DNA from: an uncultured delta proteobacterium
GTDB lineage: Bacteria > Desulfobacterota > Syntrophorhabdia > Syntrophorhabdales > WCHB1-27
Reading direction: 5' to 3'
Assembly: GCA_963810935.1 (NCBI GenBank)
Contig: CAWEPK010000016.1
Span: 1 to 64,000 of the forward strand
DNA: 64,000 nt
The position numbers were made by a program, and so were the translations under genes. Shown one piece after another: positions 19,673-30,021 of the stretch. How positions within the stretch are numbered: position 1 is the stretch's first letter; each line of letters begins with the position of its first letter. The notes below the pieces were generated by a model. That model saw nothing but the letters and a program-made list of their open reading frames with translations, ran no database searches and was not told the origin of the DNA.

Positions 19673-20068
19673 ATGGAAAAGGAGGAGCGCAAGCTCGGCG
19701 ACAAGCTTGCCGTAGAGCGGACGCTTTTCGCCGCCGACCGTTCGCTCCTCGCCTGGGTGCGGACGGCGGTTTCCTTGATCAGCTTCGGGTTCACCATGTT
19801 CAAGTTCCTCCAGTACATAAGGGGACTGGAGCAGGTCCCGGCCCTGATGCACTCTCACTCTCCGAGAAACATCGGGCTCTTTCTACTCCTGATCGGGACG
19901 ATCTCCCTGCTTATGGCCATGCTCGAATACGCCGCGACTGTCAGGAGATTGACCGGAGAGGGGGGCGGCAAGATTATGCTGAGACCGAGTTTTCTGGCCG
20001 CCTCAGCGACGTTCTTGCTAGGGTTGACGCTCACTGTCGCTATCGCACTCAGGATACAACTGATATAA
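19673..20068 (+). CDS. DUF202/YidH family membrane protein
   Basis: LAVERTLFAADRSLLAWVRTAVSLISFGF. Confidence 0.85.
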   Translation: MEKEERKLGDKLAVERTLFAADRSLLAWVRTAVSLISFGFTMFKFLQYIRGLEQVPALMHSHSPRNIGLFLLLIGTISLLMAMLEYAATVRRLTGEGGGKIMLRPSFLAASATFLLGLTLTVAIALRIQLI

Positions 20069-20308
20069 GGCCCGTAATGGCCTCGCGGGATAGAAGGAGA
20101 GGCAGCAGCCGGGGGCTTTACAGCTTGTCGCTAAGTGCTTACATACTTTAATGGGCGTCGGTTTTTACCCAAGGTTTTATAAAGACACGTTTTTGCAAGC
20201 AAGTGACGTTCCTTTCCAAAAGGACGTTGCGAGCGACAGGGAGTTCAAATATCCGGGAACAGAGGCAAAAGCTCCCTGGACTTCACGGAAGCAAAAGAGG
20301 TAGGAAGG

Positions 20309-20590
20309 ATGAGAACATTTATCGTGATCGTGGCATTGGCAATGAGCTTGGCGCTGGCTGCGCCTTTAATCGCCCAGTCGACGGATTACAGCAAGATGTC
20401 GACCGACCAGTTGTACCAGTTGAAGCAAGACCCGGCCAACAAAAATAACATGAACCTCCAATCGGAGTGGCTGAAACGGGCGTCCAATATGTCGTCCCAG
20501 GACCTGAAGAAGTATGATGTGCCGTACACTCACGATGAGGTCCAGCAGATGTATAAGCAGCAATCGTCGCCCAGTACACCCGGCAGTTAG
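20309..20590 (+). CDS. Small secreted helical protein (DUF1104-like), paralog of 2414-2692
   Basis: AAPLIAQSTDYSKMSTDQLYQLKQ is identical in both copies. Confidence 0.78.
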   Translation: MRTFIVIVALAMSLALAAPLIAQSTDYSKMSTDQLYQLKQDPANKNNMNLQSEWLKRASNMSSQDLKKYDVPYTHDEVQQMYKQQSSPSTPGS

Positions 20591-20632
20591 CGGGTGAACG
20601 ACCCTCCACGGGGGGGCTAACCGATGCCACAA

Positions 20633-20662
20633 GAGGGGGACAGTTTCGCTTCTGTCCCCCTC
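20633..20662 (+). terminator. GC-rich hairpin, possible terminator
   Basis: GAGGGGGACAG-loop-CTGTCCCCCTC; a homologous hairpin lies at 2341-2374; no clear U-tract. Confidence 0.4.
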
Positions 20663-20715
20663 GCCCCTATCCGAGGCGGAGCCGGCATAACCCTTGTATC
20701 TCCATAAGGGGCTTA

Positions 20716-21402
20716 TTATTTCTTCTCGCCGTGGGCCTCATCCAAAAAAGTCTTGATTCTCTCCGCCCAGTATTTGAAGGCCTCTTTTGCTGATCCCAGT
20801 TTTGAAAACCTTTTGAAGTATCCCGCAGTCTGTTGGTCTTTAGCAACAGCTATTACCTCATTGGTCATCGAGTCGAAGGCCATGAATTCCGCGCTCGTTG
20901 CGCCCGAACCGCTTCAGGAACCGGTGGTACCCCTCTTGATAATACTGATGCCGATCCCTGCGGGAAGTACGGAGGAGACGGCGCCGACAACGGGCTTACT
21001 CTTCTTCACTCCCGTGAGTGCGACGCTGAGCCTTGCCACGTCGGGTCCCGGCTCCGCAACGATGGGATGCTTCTCCTTCAACACATTGACGAGCTCCGTG
21101 TTGAATGCGTCCGTCAGCTCCTTCATCTTCTCGCCATCGATGCCCTTGTCTTCCGAATCGGGTGCATAATAGAAGATCACGCTATCAATCATAAGCTTGT
21201 TGTACTTTGCAAAGTTGACTCCCGGCCTGAGCCAGCGCTCGTCGACCCCGCCCTTGGGCCCCGGTCCCAGGTCCTTGTAATAGCCGTCAAGGAACCCCGA
21301 CTGTTTCGGCGCCGAGGCGCACCCTGCGAATGAGGCAAACAGTAACCCGATTACGACCACCGTACATATCTTCGCTGGCGATGATCTCGCCGGGTTTTTC
21401 AC
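20716..21402 (-). CDS. DUF3313-like lipoprotein with an in-frame TGA at 20914-20916
   Basis: FAGC lipobox, QSGFL..Y; the frame stays open past the TGA (TGS*SGSGATSAEF...AFKYWAERI) to TAA at 20716. Confidence 0.7.
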
Positions 21403-21528
21403 TTTGTAAATCTAGTGACTGTCACGGTTGAAGGGGAAGAGGCAGACCGCGCCTGCATGGCAGGCGTCAACGGTCTTCACCTGGTTGGCGAGGGGCTTCT
21501 TCGTTTCGATAATATCGGTTCTTACATG

Positions 21529-22545
21529 CTAAAACGTAAACGCGAAGCCTATTACAGGACCCTGCATGGTAAGTTTTGCGTTGCCGATACCTCCGGTGGG
21601 ACTATAGTCGATATACAGATAGCGATAACCCGCCAGTATTGTCGAGCGCGGGGATATATCGTAGCCGAGTCCACCCACGCCGTTCCAAGTAATGTGCGAT
21701 GAGTTGCTCGAGACGCCGAAGCCCGCCGCGTCACCCCTCAGATTGACGAATAAGCTCTGGGCAAGATACGCCTTCATGCGGAGCCCCACCATCGGATCGA
21801 TGATGTTACCGTAGGAAGTGTCCCTGATGCCGACACCAAATTGCGGAAGGCTCAGGAAAATATGGTTCTGCAGATACCAGTACCTGCCGCCTGCCAGCAC
21901 ATCGACGTAGGCAGACCCCGGTGTTCCGGCAGGCCCCAGTTCCGCCATCCGGTAAAACCCGCCGAATTCCGTTATCAGGACCTGGGTATTGTCACGGACA
22001 CCCGCTTCGAGGACGGACGGCCCGCCCTGGACGATGTCTCCCGGGAGCGGCCTGCTTAAGCTTGCGGTCGGCGTGAGCTTCAGGTAGTTCTCTTGAAAAA
22101 GGATGCCCCATTGGCCTTTTCTGGCCTCGACCTGCACTTCGCCCCCGAAATCGAGGTTCTGCAGGATGTCGTTGAAGGGCACCGAGACGTGGGCGGTACG
22201 GTCTCTCACTGAGATATCGCCTGAGATACCCACCAGCCAGGCATAGGGGATGATCGTGAATTCCCACTTGTCACTTGGCGCCTGCTGGGGGGTTGCCGGC
22301 CTTGAAGGAGGAGGTGTGCTACTTAACTGAGCATAAAAGGGCATGCTGCTTTCCAGGCTGACTGCGTCACCGGGTTTCTGAACACCAGTGTTGAAATTAT
22401 TCGCCAGACAAGGAATGGCGCATGGAAGAGATAAGGATATTGCCAGCGCCGCTAGGGCACTCACATGGCTGAAACCTCTAGGTTTTTTCAAAGTCGCCTC
22501 CAGACAAGTATTTGTATGCCTTTGATAATTGAAGTCTCGGGGCAC
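21529..22545 (-). CDS. Outer-membrane beta-barrel protein (start uncertain)
   Basis: WEFTIIPYAW...GGRYW...DPMVG...GYRYL...GPVIGFAFTF, terminal Phe. Confidence 0.8.
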   Translation of the reverse strand: MPRDFNYQRHTNTCLEATLKKPRGFSHVSALAALAISLSLPCAIPCLANNFNTGVQKPGDAVSLESSMPFYAQLSSTPPPSRPATPQQAPSDKWEFTIIPYAWLVGISGDISVRDRTAHVSVPFNDILQNLDFGGEVQVEARKGQWGILFQENYLKLTPTASLSRPLPGDIVQGGPSVLEAGVRDNTQVLITEFGGFYRMAELGPAGTPGSAYVDVLAGGRYWYLQNHIFLSLPQFGVGIRDTSYGNIIDPMVGLRMKAYLAQSLFVNLRGDAAGFGVSSNSSHITWNGVGGLGYDISPRSTILAGYRYLYIDYSPTGGIGNAKLTMQGPVIGFAFTF

Positions 22546-22890
22546 TTCTGTAGCTCCGTTTGGTTGCCTTACTCTTCTGGTTTTCTATGGTTAATAAATC
22601 TGCGGGGTCGTGCTCGCCTGAAAGCGACTTGCTCGTACTTTCATGGAGTTCGGTCGGTCTTGCTACTGTTTATATTGTGCCTACGCGGCCTTATTCTGTC
22701 AACAGAAAAGCAGGACACCTAACCGCAAAATGATTGCACGGTTTCAATACCTGGACGAAAGGGCATTTGCGACCACCGGACATCAGAACATTTATGAAGA
22801 TGGATTCGCGCTCCCAAAAATTAACGTTCCCTCCGGATTCCTTCTTTTCTTCAGCTCCCTAATGGATGCATGACTTGCGTGCAGGCTCCG

Positions 22891-23616
22891 CTACCACAGA
22901 CCGGCCTTCTTCAATTCATCGTAGGTTGCTGCGAGGTAGCTGCTGTTCCAATACGCCCTATGGGATAGCGCCTCGGCCAATTGCCGGGCTTGGTCGGCGC
23001 GGGCACCGAAAACGATCACGCGGGTCCCATGGTCCGTGTAAGGCAACCGGCCGTCGTTGTTGGCCGCTTCTATCTCGTCGGCCCTGAGATTGATTGCCCC
23101 CGGCACAGAACCGGCCGCGAATTCCTCCTTGCTCCTTGCGTCTATGAGGACTGCGGTTTTATCCAGAAGATAGATCCGCTTGAACCCTGAGATTGTGCTT
23201 TCGGCCTGATTACCGAGGGCACGCCACACGGGCAGACCATCCTGGTACTTCTTGATATTCGTGCAGCCCTTCCTGTAGAGGCTTTCGGCGACGCGAAGGG
23301 TCTTGTGGCAGTACGGTCCGTTGCAATACAGAACAACGCCGCCGGCGCCGCCCGCACAGAGTCTGTTCATACGGTCCACTTCCGTTTCGAAGATATTTGT
23401 GCTGCCGGGTATATGGGAAACGGCGTATTCCTTTTCCGGTCGTACATCGATAACGGAGATATTTCCCTCAAAGAGAATCTGCTTCACCTCATTCGTAGAT
23501 ATTTCGGTTCCAGGCGTACCTGCCTTTTGTTGTGCCTCGGCGGCCGGCAGGCCCCCGAAAACCCCTAAGCAAGAGACGACCACTGCTAAAAGGGGCAGCC
23601 AACTGTTGTTCTTCAT
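22891..23616 (-). CDS. Secreted tandem rhodanese-domain protein
   Basis: Signal peptide; IDVRP..EY...HIPGS, YCNGPYC, second IDAR...GSVPGA. Confidence 0.85.
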   Translation of the reverse strand: MKNNSWLPLLAVVVSCLGVFGGLPAAEAQQKAGTPGTEISTNEVKQILFEGNISVIDVRPEKEYAVSHIPGSTNIFETEVDRMNRLCAGGAGGVVLYCNGPYCHKTLRVAESLYRKGCTNIKKYQDGLPVWRALGNQAESTISGFKRIYLLDKTAVLIDARSKEEFAAGSVPGAINLRADEIEAANNDGRLPYTDHGTRVIVFGARADQARQLAEALSHRAYWNSSYLAATYDELKKAGLW

Positions 23617-24231
23617 TCTTGATTCTCCTTAAGTGGGTTGGGGTAACCCGACCGCGATCAACAGTGCGGGCCATGATTGCTGGGTCTGCCACGAGATTAC
23701 CTGAGGTGCTGCGTCCCTTGCTTCGGCGGGCGTAGGCGATCAGTCTCTCTCGGTCTTACCCGTATCGCTAATTTTACGCGATGTCTTTCTAACAATCCAG
23801 ACCCAACTCGCAATTTTCCAGGGTCGCGTACTTCGGCCGTAGCCGATGTTGTGCCCCAGGTGTGCCACTCGTACAATATAGAGTCGATAAAGGTGGGCGA
23901 CAGGGTCCGCGAGAAGCATAGCCTCCCCTTTCTAAACCCTTGAGCGGATGGCCGCTTACAACAAGGGGGAAAGGATAGACCGCCTGCCTTGCAACCCGAA
24001 TATCGCGGTCAACTGCACCTGGATCGTCCTGTTCAAGACGCCTTAAACCCGCACGTCGACCGACGCCGGACCTTGAAACAATCGGTTTTCCAGCACCCGT
24101 TTGTTAATAACCCGTTAATAACGCATAAGCCGCCCTGTTTTCTATTAAGGCAGGGGAGCGCGCTCCGACAACCTCTCTAGTGCAACCATGAAGAAAGCAC
24201 CGTCTCACAAATCCGTTATAGGAGCCAGACA

Positions 24232-27200
24232 ATGACACTGCGGGGAAAGCTTACCGTAAATGCAGTCGTTACCGTGGCCGCTGTCCTTGTGGTCGGCATT
24301 GCCAGCCTTGTCGGCTTCTATCACGTCAAGGGCAAGGTCCGGGACGTCACCGACAGCTCAACGCCCTACCAGCTCAAGACCCTCGAATTCACCAAAGTCC
24401 TTCAGGAGCACGCGGCAGCGTTGCGTGCAGCCGGGAACGCCCACGGACAGGAAGAGCTTGCGGGAAAAGAGCGGGAGCTTGGACGGACCCTGGGCGGGCT
24501 GCGGGGCCTCACGTCCGAGATAGGGGAGATCAACAGGACGGCGGGCACCGGCGAGATGGACCGCACCGTCAATGATGTGGACGGGCTTACCAGGGAGATC
24601 GTCTCTTCCGCAAACGAGCGGGTCCGGGCCGAGGAGCGGGCGGAAGTGGTGGTGAAGGAGGCAAAGGCAAGGCTACGCACGCTTGCGGAAAACCGCGCGG
24701 CGCTCCAGGAGTCTCTCAAGGCACTTCAGGACACGGCCGTCTCCAGCCTTATGCGGTCCAGCTCGAAGACCAAACTGATGACCGGGGCCTTCCGGTCCCT
24801 TCAGCGCATGAAAGACGTATTCGAAGAGCTGCGCCTTGTTTTTGCGGACCTCGACAAAACGTCGAGCAGCGAGGAGCTTCTTGTATCGCGTGGGCGGCTC
24901 ACCTTCCTGCTCCACGAGATTGAGAGTGCGTCCCAGGACTTCAAATCCGTTGCGGAATCAATAGGCTCGATGGAAGAGCGGCTTTTGGGGAAACGCGGCC
25001 TCCTTTCCCTCAAGGCCGACCTGATCTCCGGCCGCGCAGACGCGCAAACGGCCCGCGCCCTCGCCGATACGCGCAAGGATTGCAGCGCCCTGATGGACCG
25101 GACGGCCCGCCTGATCGTTGAGAGCGGCGAGGACGCAACGTTCGCCTTCTACGCGGAGAACAGCAGCCTTGAAGAGCAGCTCAAAAACTCGGACAGCGTC
25201 AATGCCGTAATGCTCCTCAACACCCGCATGGCTACCCTGATGGATGCGATCGGGTATGCAGTCCAAAGCCTCTTCACTGAAGCGCGTGAGAGCCGGATAG
25301 AGGAAATGCAGGCCGCGATGGCAAAGCTCTTCGATTCCGCGAAAAAGACTAAGGGCCGCATCGAGACGATCCTGAAGGCCGAAGGCCGTAAGGCGGAGCT
25401 GGCGCTCATAGGGGAGACGGCTGCGGAGCTCGACCGCGTAGAAGAGCTTGTCATGAAACGGGGCGGCATGGTGGAGGCGCTCAAGGCGGCGGCGGCAACG
25501 AGGACGCGTTCGGCAGAGCTTGGCGAACGGCTTTCCCGCATGGTTGCCGCCCATAAGGTGATGAGCGCACGGAGCCTGTCGGACGCCCAGGGCGAGCAGC
25601 AGCGCTCCGTGGCTGCGGTCAATTTCGTCGTCAAAGCGGCCACTGTCCTGCTGCTCGCCGCTGTCGCACTCGTCCTTGCCCTGGCCATCGGTCTCGTAAG
25701 CCCTATCGCCAGGTCGATCATGGTCCTCGTCAAAGACCTGGAGGCGGCAAAGGAGCAGGCAGAGAGCGCCAGCCGCACGAAATCCCAGTTCCTTGCGAAC
25801 ATGAGCCATGAGATCAGGACCCCGATGAACGGCGTTATCGGCCTCCTCGAGCTTTTGAAGGCCGAAAGCCTGACCGAGAAGCAGAGGAATTACGTCAATA
25901 TGGCCTTCTCTTCCGGCGTCGCGCTGCTCAACGTTATCAACGACGTGCTCGATTTCTCGAAGATAGAGGCCGGCCGGCTGGAGCTGAACCCGGAAGAATT
26001 CGACGTCCACGAATCCGTCGAAGAGGCAGTCGGCTTTTTCGCGGAAGCTGCGCAGGCCAAGAAGATCGAAATCCTTTGCCACATCCTGCCCGGGACCCCC
26101 CGAAGGGTGAAGGGCGACATGGTGCGCATCAGGCAGATCCTGATCAACCTCATAGGCAACGCGGTGAAGTTCACGCACTCAGGGGAGATCGCAGTCGAGT
26201 GCGCGCCCGCCCGTGAAGAGGGCGATTGGCTGCCGCTCCGCTTCGAGGTGCGCGATACGGGCATCGGGATATCGCCGGAGGCGAGGTCGAGGATTTTCGA
26301 TTCCTTTTCGCAGGCCGATGCATCGACCACGAGGCGGTTCGGAGGGACGGGCCTGGGCCTCAGCATCGCAAAACAGCTCGTCCATATGATGGGCGGGGAG
26401 ATAGGCGTGGAGAGCGAGATGGGGGTTGGATCGACCTTCCGTTTTACGGTGCGTGTCGAGAAAGTTTCCGAATACTCAGGCGACGGGGAGAGGGCAACGA
26501 TGGGATCGTGCGAGAGCTTGAGAGGCCTCAGGGTACTCGTCGTAGACGATAATGCGACCAACCGCAAAATCCTGGAAGAGATGCTCAACGCCTGGGGGTT
26601 TTGCCCCACCAGCGCAGCAGGCGGGGCCGAAGCGCTCGCTGCGCTCAAGGCTGCGGCTGCTGCAGGCGCCGCCTTTCATCTCGCGGTGCTCGATATGATG
26701 ATGCCCGGTATGGACGGGATCGAGCTGGCGCAGGCCATAAACGCCGCACAAGACATTCCCCGGCTCCCCCTCGTCATGCTCACTTCGATGGACGGAAAAG
26801 GGGAATCGGACTCATGCCGGGAGGCCGGCTTCGCCCTGCGCCTCGTAAAGCCTGTCCGCCAGTCCCAACTGCTCAACGGCATCGAATCGATAATGGGCCT
26901 GAGGCACGGCACAGACGTCCATGCGGCCGCACCCGGCGGGCCCGCGCTGCCGGGCGGCCTACTCGTGCTGCTTGTCGAGGACTACCAGGTAAACCAGAAG
27001 GTCGGGAGCGCCATGTTGGAATACCTCGGCTGTTCCGTAGACGTTGCCGAAAACGGCAGGATCGCCGTCGATTTCCACGGCCGGAAGACCTACGACCTGA
27101 TCCTGATGGACTGCCAGATGCCTGAGATGGACGGATACGAGGCTACCCGGGTTATCAGGGAGATCGAGGCGGGCACGGGCGGCAGCGGCAGGCGCACGCC

Positions 27201-27780
27201 GATCGTGGCGCTGACCGCCCACGCGATGGAGGGCGACAGGGAAAGGTCGATCGCGGCAGGCATGGACGACCACCTCAGCAAACCCTTCACGCTCGACCAG
27301 CTAAAGACCATGCTGGCAGCCCACGTCGCTGCCGGCAGGGCCGCACCGCTTTCCGTCGTGGAAAATACGCCGGCAGAAGGAGGCAGCGGTGCACAAAACG
27401 GGACAGCGGCAGCGGTGCAAAGCGTGGACCCGGTCAGCCAGGTTATCGACCCCGCTGCACTCAACAGAATAAGAGAAATCGACCCCGACGGGCGCGATGG
27501 ACTGGCCCGCACGGTCATCACGTGCTACCTGACCGATTCGCCGAAGACGATAGAGTGCTTGCGGGAGGCGGTGGAGACAGGCGACGGGGTCGAGATCCAG
27601 AAGCTGGCCCACGGCTTCAAATCTTCGAGCGCCAACGTGGGCGCCTCGAACCTTGCGGCGTACTGTAAAGAGATGGAAAAGACCGGCAAGTCTAACCTCC
27701 TCGACCGGAGCCCGGCGCTGCTGCTTTCCATCGAGAACGAATTCGCACGCGCCAGGTCCGCGCTGGAAGCGCAGCTATGA
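24232..27780 (+). CDS. Hybrid sensor histidine kinase (periplasmic helical domain, HisKA, HATPase, 2 REC, Hpt)
   Basis: FLANMSHEIRTPMNG, NLIGNAVKFT, GGTGLGL, two receiver Asp motifs, AHGFKSSSANVGA. Confidence 0.93.
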   Translation: MTLRGKLTVNAVVTVAAVLVVGIASLVGFYHVKGKVRDVTDSSTPYQLKTLEFTKVLQEHAAALRAAGNAHGQEELAGKERELGRTLGGLRGLTSEIGEINRTAGTGEMDRTVNDVDGLTREIVSSANERVRAEERAEVVVKEAKARLRTLAENRAALQESLKALQDTAVSSLMRSSSKTKLMTGAFRSLQRMKDVFEELRLVFADLDKTSSSEELLVSRGRLTFLLHEIESASQDFKSVAESIGSMEERLLGKRGLLSLKADLISGRADAQTARALADTRKDCSALMDRTARLIVESGEDATFAFYAENSSLEEQLKNSDSVNAVMLLNTRMATLMDAIGYAVQSLFTEARESRIEEMQAAMAKLFDSAKKTKGRIETILKAEGRKAELALIGETAAELDRVEELVMKRGGMVEALKAAAATRTRSAELGERLSRMVAAHKVMSARSLSDAQGEQQRSVAAVNFVVKAATVLLLAAVALVLALAIGLVSPIARSIMVLVKDLEAAKEQAESASRTKSQFLANMSHEIRTPMNGVIGLLELLKAESLTEKQRNYVNMAFSSGVALLNVINDVLDFSKIEAGRLELNPEEFDVHESVEEAVGFFAEAAQAKKIEILCHILPGTPRRVKGDMVRIRQILINLIGNAVKFTHSGEIAVECAPAREEGDWLPLRFEVRDTGIGISPEARSRIFDSFSQADASTTRRFGGTGLGLSIAKQLVHMMGGEIGVESEMGVGSTFRFTVRVEKVSEYSGDGERATMGSCESLRGLRVLVVDDNATNRKILEEMLNAWGFCPTSAAGGAEALAALKAAAAAGAAFHLAVLDMMMPGMDGIELAQAINAAQDIPRLPLVMLTSMDGKGESDSCREAGFALRLVKPVRQSQLLNGIESIMGLRHGTDVHAAAPGGPALPGGLLVLLVEDYQVNQKVGSAMLEYLGCSVDVAENGRIAVDFHGRKTYDLILMDCQMPEMDGYEATRVIREIEAGTGGSGRRTPIVALTAHAMEGDRERSIAAGMDDHLSKPFTLDQLKTMLAAHVAAGRAAPLSVVENTPAEGGSGAQNGTAAAVQSVDPVSQVIDPAALNRIREIDPDGRDGLARTVITCYLTDSPKTIECLREAVETGDGVEIQKLAHGFKSSSANVGASNLAAYCKEMEKTGKSNLLDRSPALLLSIENEFARARSALEAQL

Positions 27781-29928
27781 ATGACCCTATTGCTGTAAAG
27801 GAGACAACGATCATGAACGACACGGACGGCAGCCGGAAAGCCTGCGTACTGGTGGCCGATGACGATCCGATGCTGCGGCTTCTTTCCGTCAAGACCCTCG
27901 AAAAGGCGGGGTTTGCGGTCGTGGAGGCGGAGAACGGAGAGCAGGTCGTGACTGCCTTCGACAGACTGAAGCCCGACATCGTGATGCTCGACGTCATGAT
28001 GCCCGTCATGGACGGCTTTGCGGCCTGCGCCGAGATACGCAAAAACCCGGAAGGGCAGCTCACGCCCATCCTCATGGTTACGGGCCTTGACGACGTCGAC
28101 TCGATAAACCGTGCCTACGAAGCGGGCGCTACGGACTTCATGACGAAGCCCATCAACTGGCCGATCCTCGGCCACCGCGTCAAGTACATGCTGCGCGCAA
28201 GCGGGTCGATTGCGGCCCTGCGCGACAGCGAGGAGCGGTATGCCCTTGCCTCCATGGGGGCGAACGACGGCCTCTGGGACTGGGACCTGAAAGAGAACAC
28301 CTGCCATTTTTCCGAGCGGTGGAAGGGCATGTCGGGATATGCCGACGACGAGATAGGAGACTCCCCGGACGAATGGCTGACGAGGATCCATGCCGACGAC
28401 GCAGGCCGCGTCAGGCTCGACCTGGACGCGCACATCGAAGGCGCCAGCCGCCACTTCGAGAGCGAGTACAGGTTCCTGCACAAGGATGGGACCTACCGGT
28501 GGATGTTGAGCCGGGGCATCGCGGTCCGGGACGCCGGCAATGCGGCCTACAGGATGGCCGGCTCGCAAACCGACATAACGGAAAGCAAAAGGATCGCGGA
28601 GCAGCTTCAGCACGACGCCTTTTACGACCCGCTTACGAAACTCCCGAACCGCGCCCTTTTTATGGACCGGCTGGGGCACGCGGTCACACGGGGCAAGCGG
28701 CTCAAGAACTACAACTTTGCCGTACTTTTTCTGGACCTCGACCGGTTCAAGCTGATTAACGACAGCCTCGGCCATTCGGTGGGGGACAATCTTCTTATCC
28801 AGACAGCCGAAAGGATCGTCCGCTTCATTCGCCCGTCCGATACGGTAGCGAGGCTGGGGGGCGACGAGTTCGTCATCCTCCTTGAAGACATAAGGGAAGT
28901 GGCCTGCACGACCTTTGTCGCGGAAAGGATCAAGAGGCTTTTCGCCGAGCCGTTCCTTCTGGACGGGCGGGAGGTCTTTACGACCGCCAGCATCGGAATC
29001 GCGGTAAGCTCGGGCGCATACGAAAGGCCCGAGGAAATGCTGCGCGATGCCGATATCGCCATGTACAGGGCAAAGGCGGATGAGCGGGGCGGCTTCGTCA
29101 TGTTCGACCCGTCCATGCAAAAGGCTACGGCCGAGCTGATGAGGCTGGAGAACGACCTCCGCCACGCCCTGGAGCACAGCGAGTTCTGCATGTTCTACCA
29201 GCCGATTATCGAGCTCGAGACGAACCGGCTCGTCTCACTGGAGGCGCTTATCCGCTGGCAGCATCCCACCCGCGGGCTGGTAAGCCCGGGCACCTTCATC
29301 CCTCTTGCCGAAGAAACGGGCCTCATCATCCCCATCGGGGAATGGGCGCTCTACGACGTCTGCCGGCAGATGCGCATGTGGCACGAGCAGGGGGCAGACA
29401 TGAGGGTGGCGGTCAACCTCTCGACCCGCCAGTTGAGAGATAGGAATTTCCCGGCCCTCCTTCAGCGGATACTCGACGAGACAAAGGCGGACCCGGCCAA
29501 CCTCGATCTGGAAATCACCGAAAGCGCTGTCATCAGCGACTGGGATTCCGTTGTGACGACGCTCGGGACTTTGCAGGGGCTCGGGGTGCATCTTTGCCTG
29601 GACGACTTCGGTACCGGCTATTCTTCCTTAAGCTACCTCCACCGCCTTCCGGTAAACAAGCTGAAGATAGACCGATCTTTCCTGCAGAAGATGGAGTCGA
29701 GCCCCGAGCACTCGGGCATCATCCGGGCGATCCTGGACCTCGCAGGCACACTCAAGATGGAAGTGGTGGCGGAGGGCATAGAGACGCACGGACAGGCTCG
29801 CGCGGCTGAAAGAGATGAAGTGCAGGCTCGGCCAGGGGTTCCTCTTCTCCAGGCCGCAGGATGTGGAGAGCGTGGCCGCCCTTCTGCCGTTATCGAAGAA
29901 GACTGGAGACATGTGCGTTAATTACTGA
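27777..29928 (+). CDS. REC-PAS-GGDEF-EAL protein; +1 indel near 29796
   Basis: RPSD I-site, RLGGDEF, EAL, DDFGTGYSS; the alternative frame gives the canonical LARL..MKC..GQGFLFSRP ending. Confidence 0.9.
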
Positions 29929-29952
29929 CGAAGACCGTTAGTTTCCGCCGCA

Positions 29953-30006
29953 TTAACCGATTATTCATCGCAGTCTCATCCTCCATTAACCGGCCCATTG
30001 TACTCT
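29953..30006 (+). promoter_or_regulatory. Pho-box-like array plus -10
   Basis: TTAAC/TTCAT/CTCAT/TTAAC at 29953, 29964, 29975, 29986, then TACTCT 10 nt later. Confidence 0.7.
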
Positions 30007-30021
30007 CTACACATATAGGTA

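Noticed and set aside
27525..29177. 550-aa antisense ORF
   Set aside because: Mirror frame of the GGDEF/EAL gene
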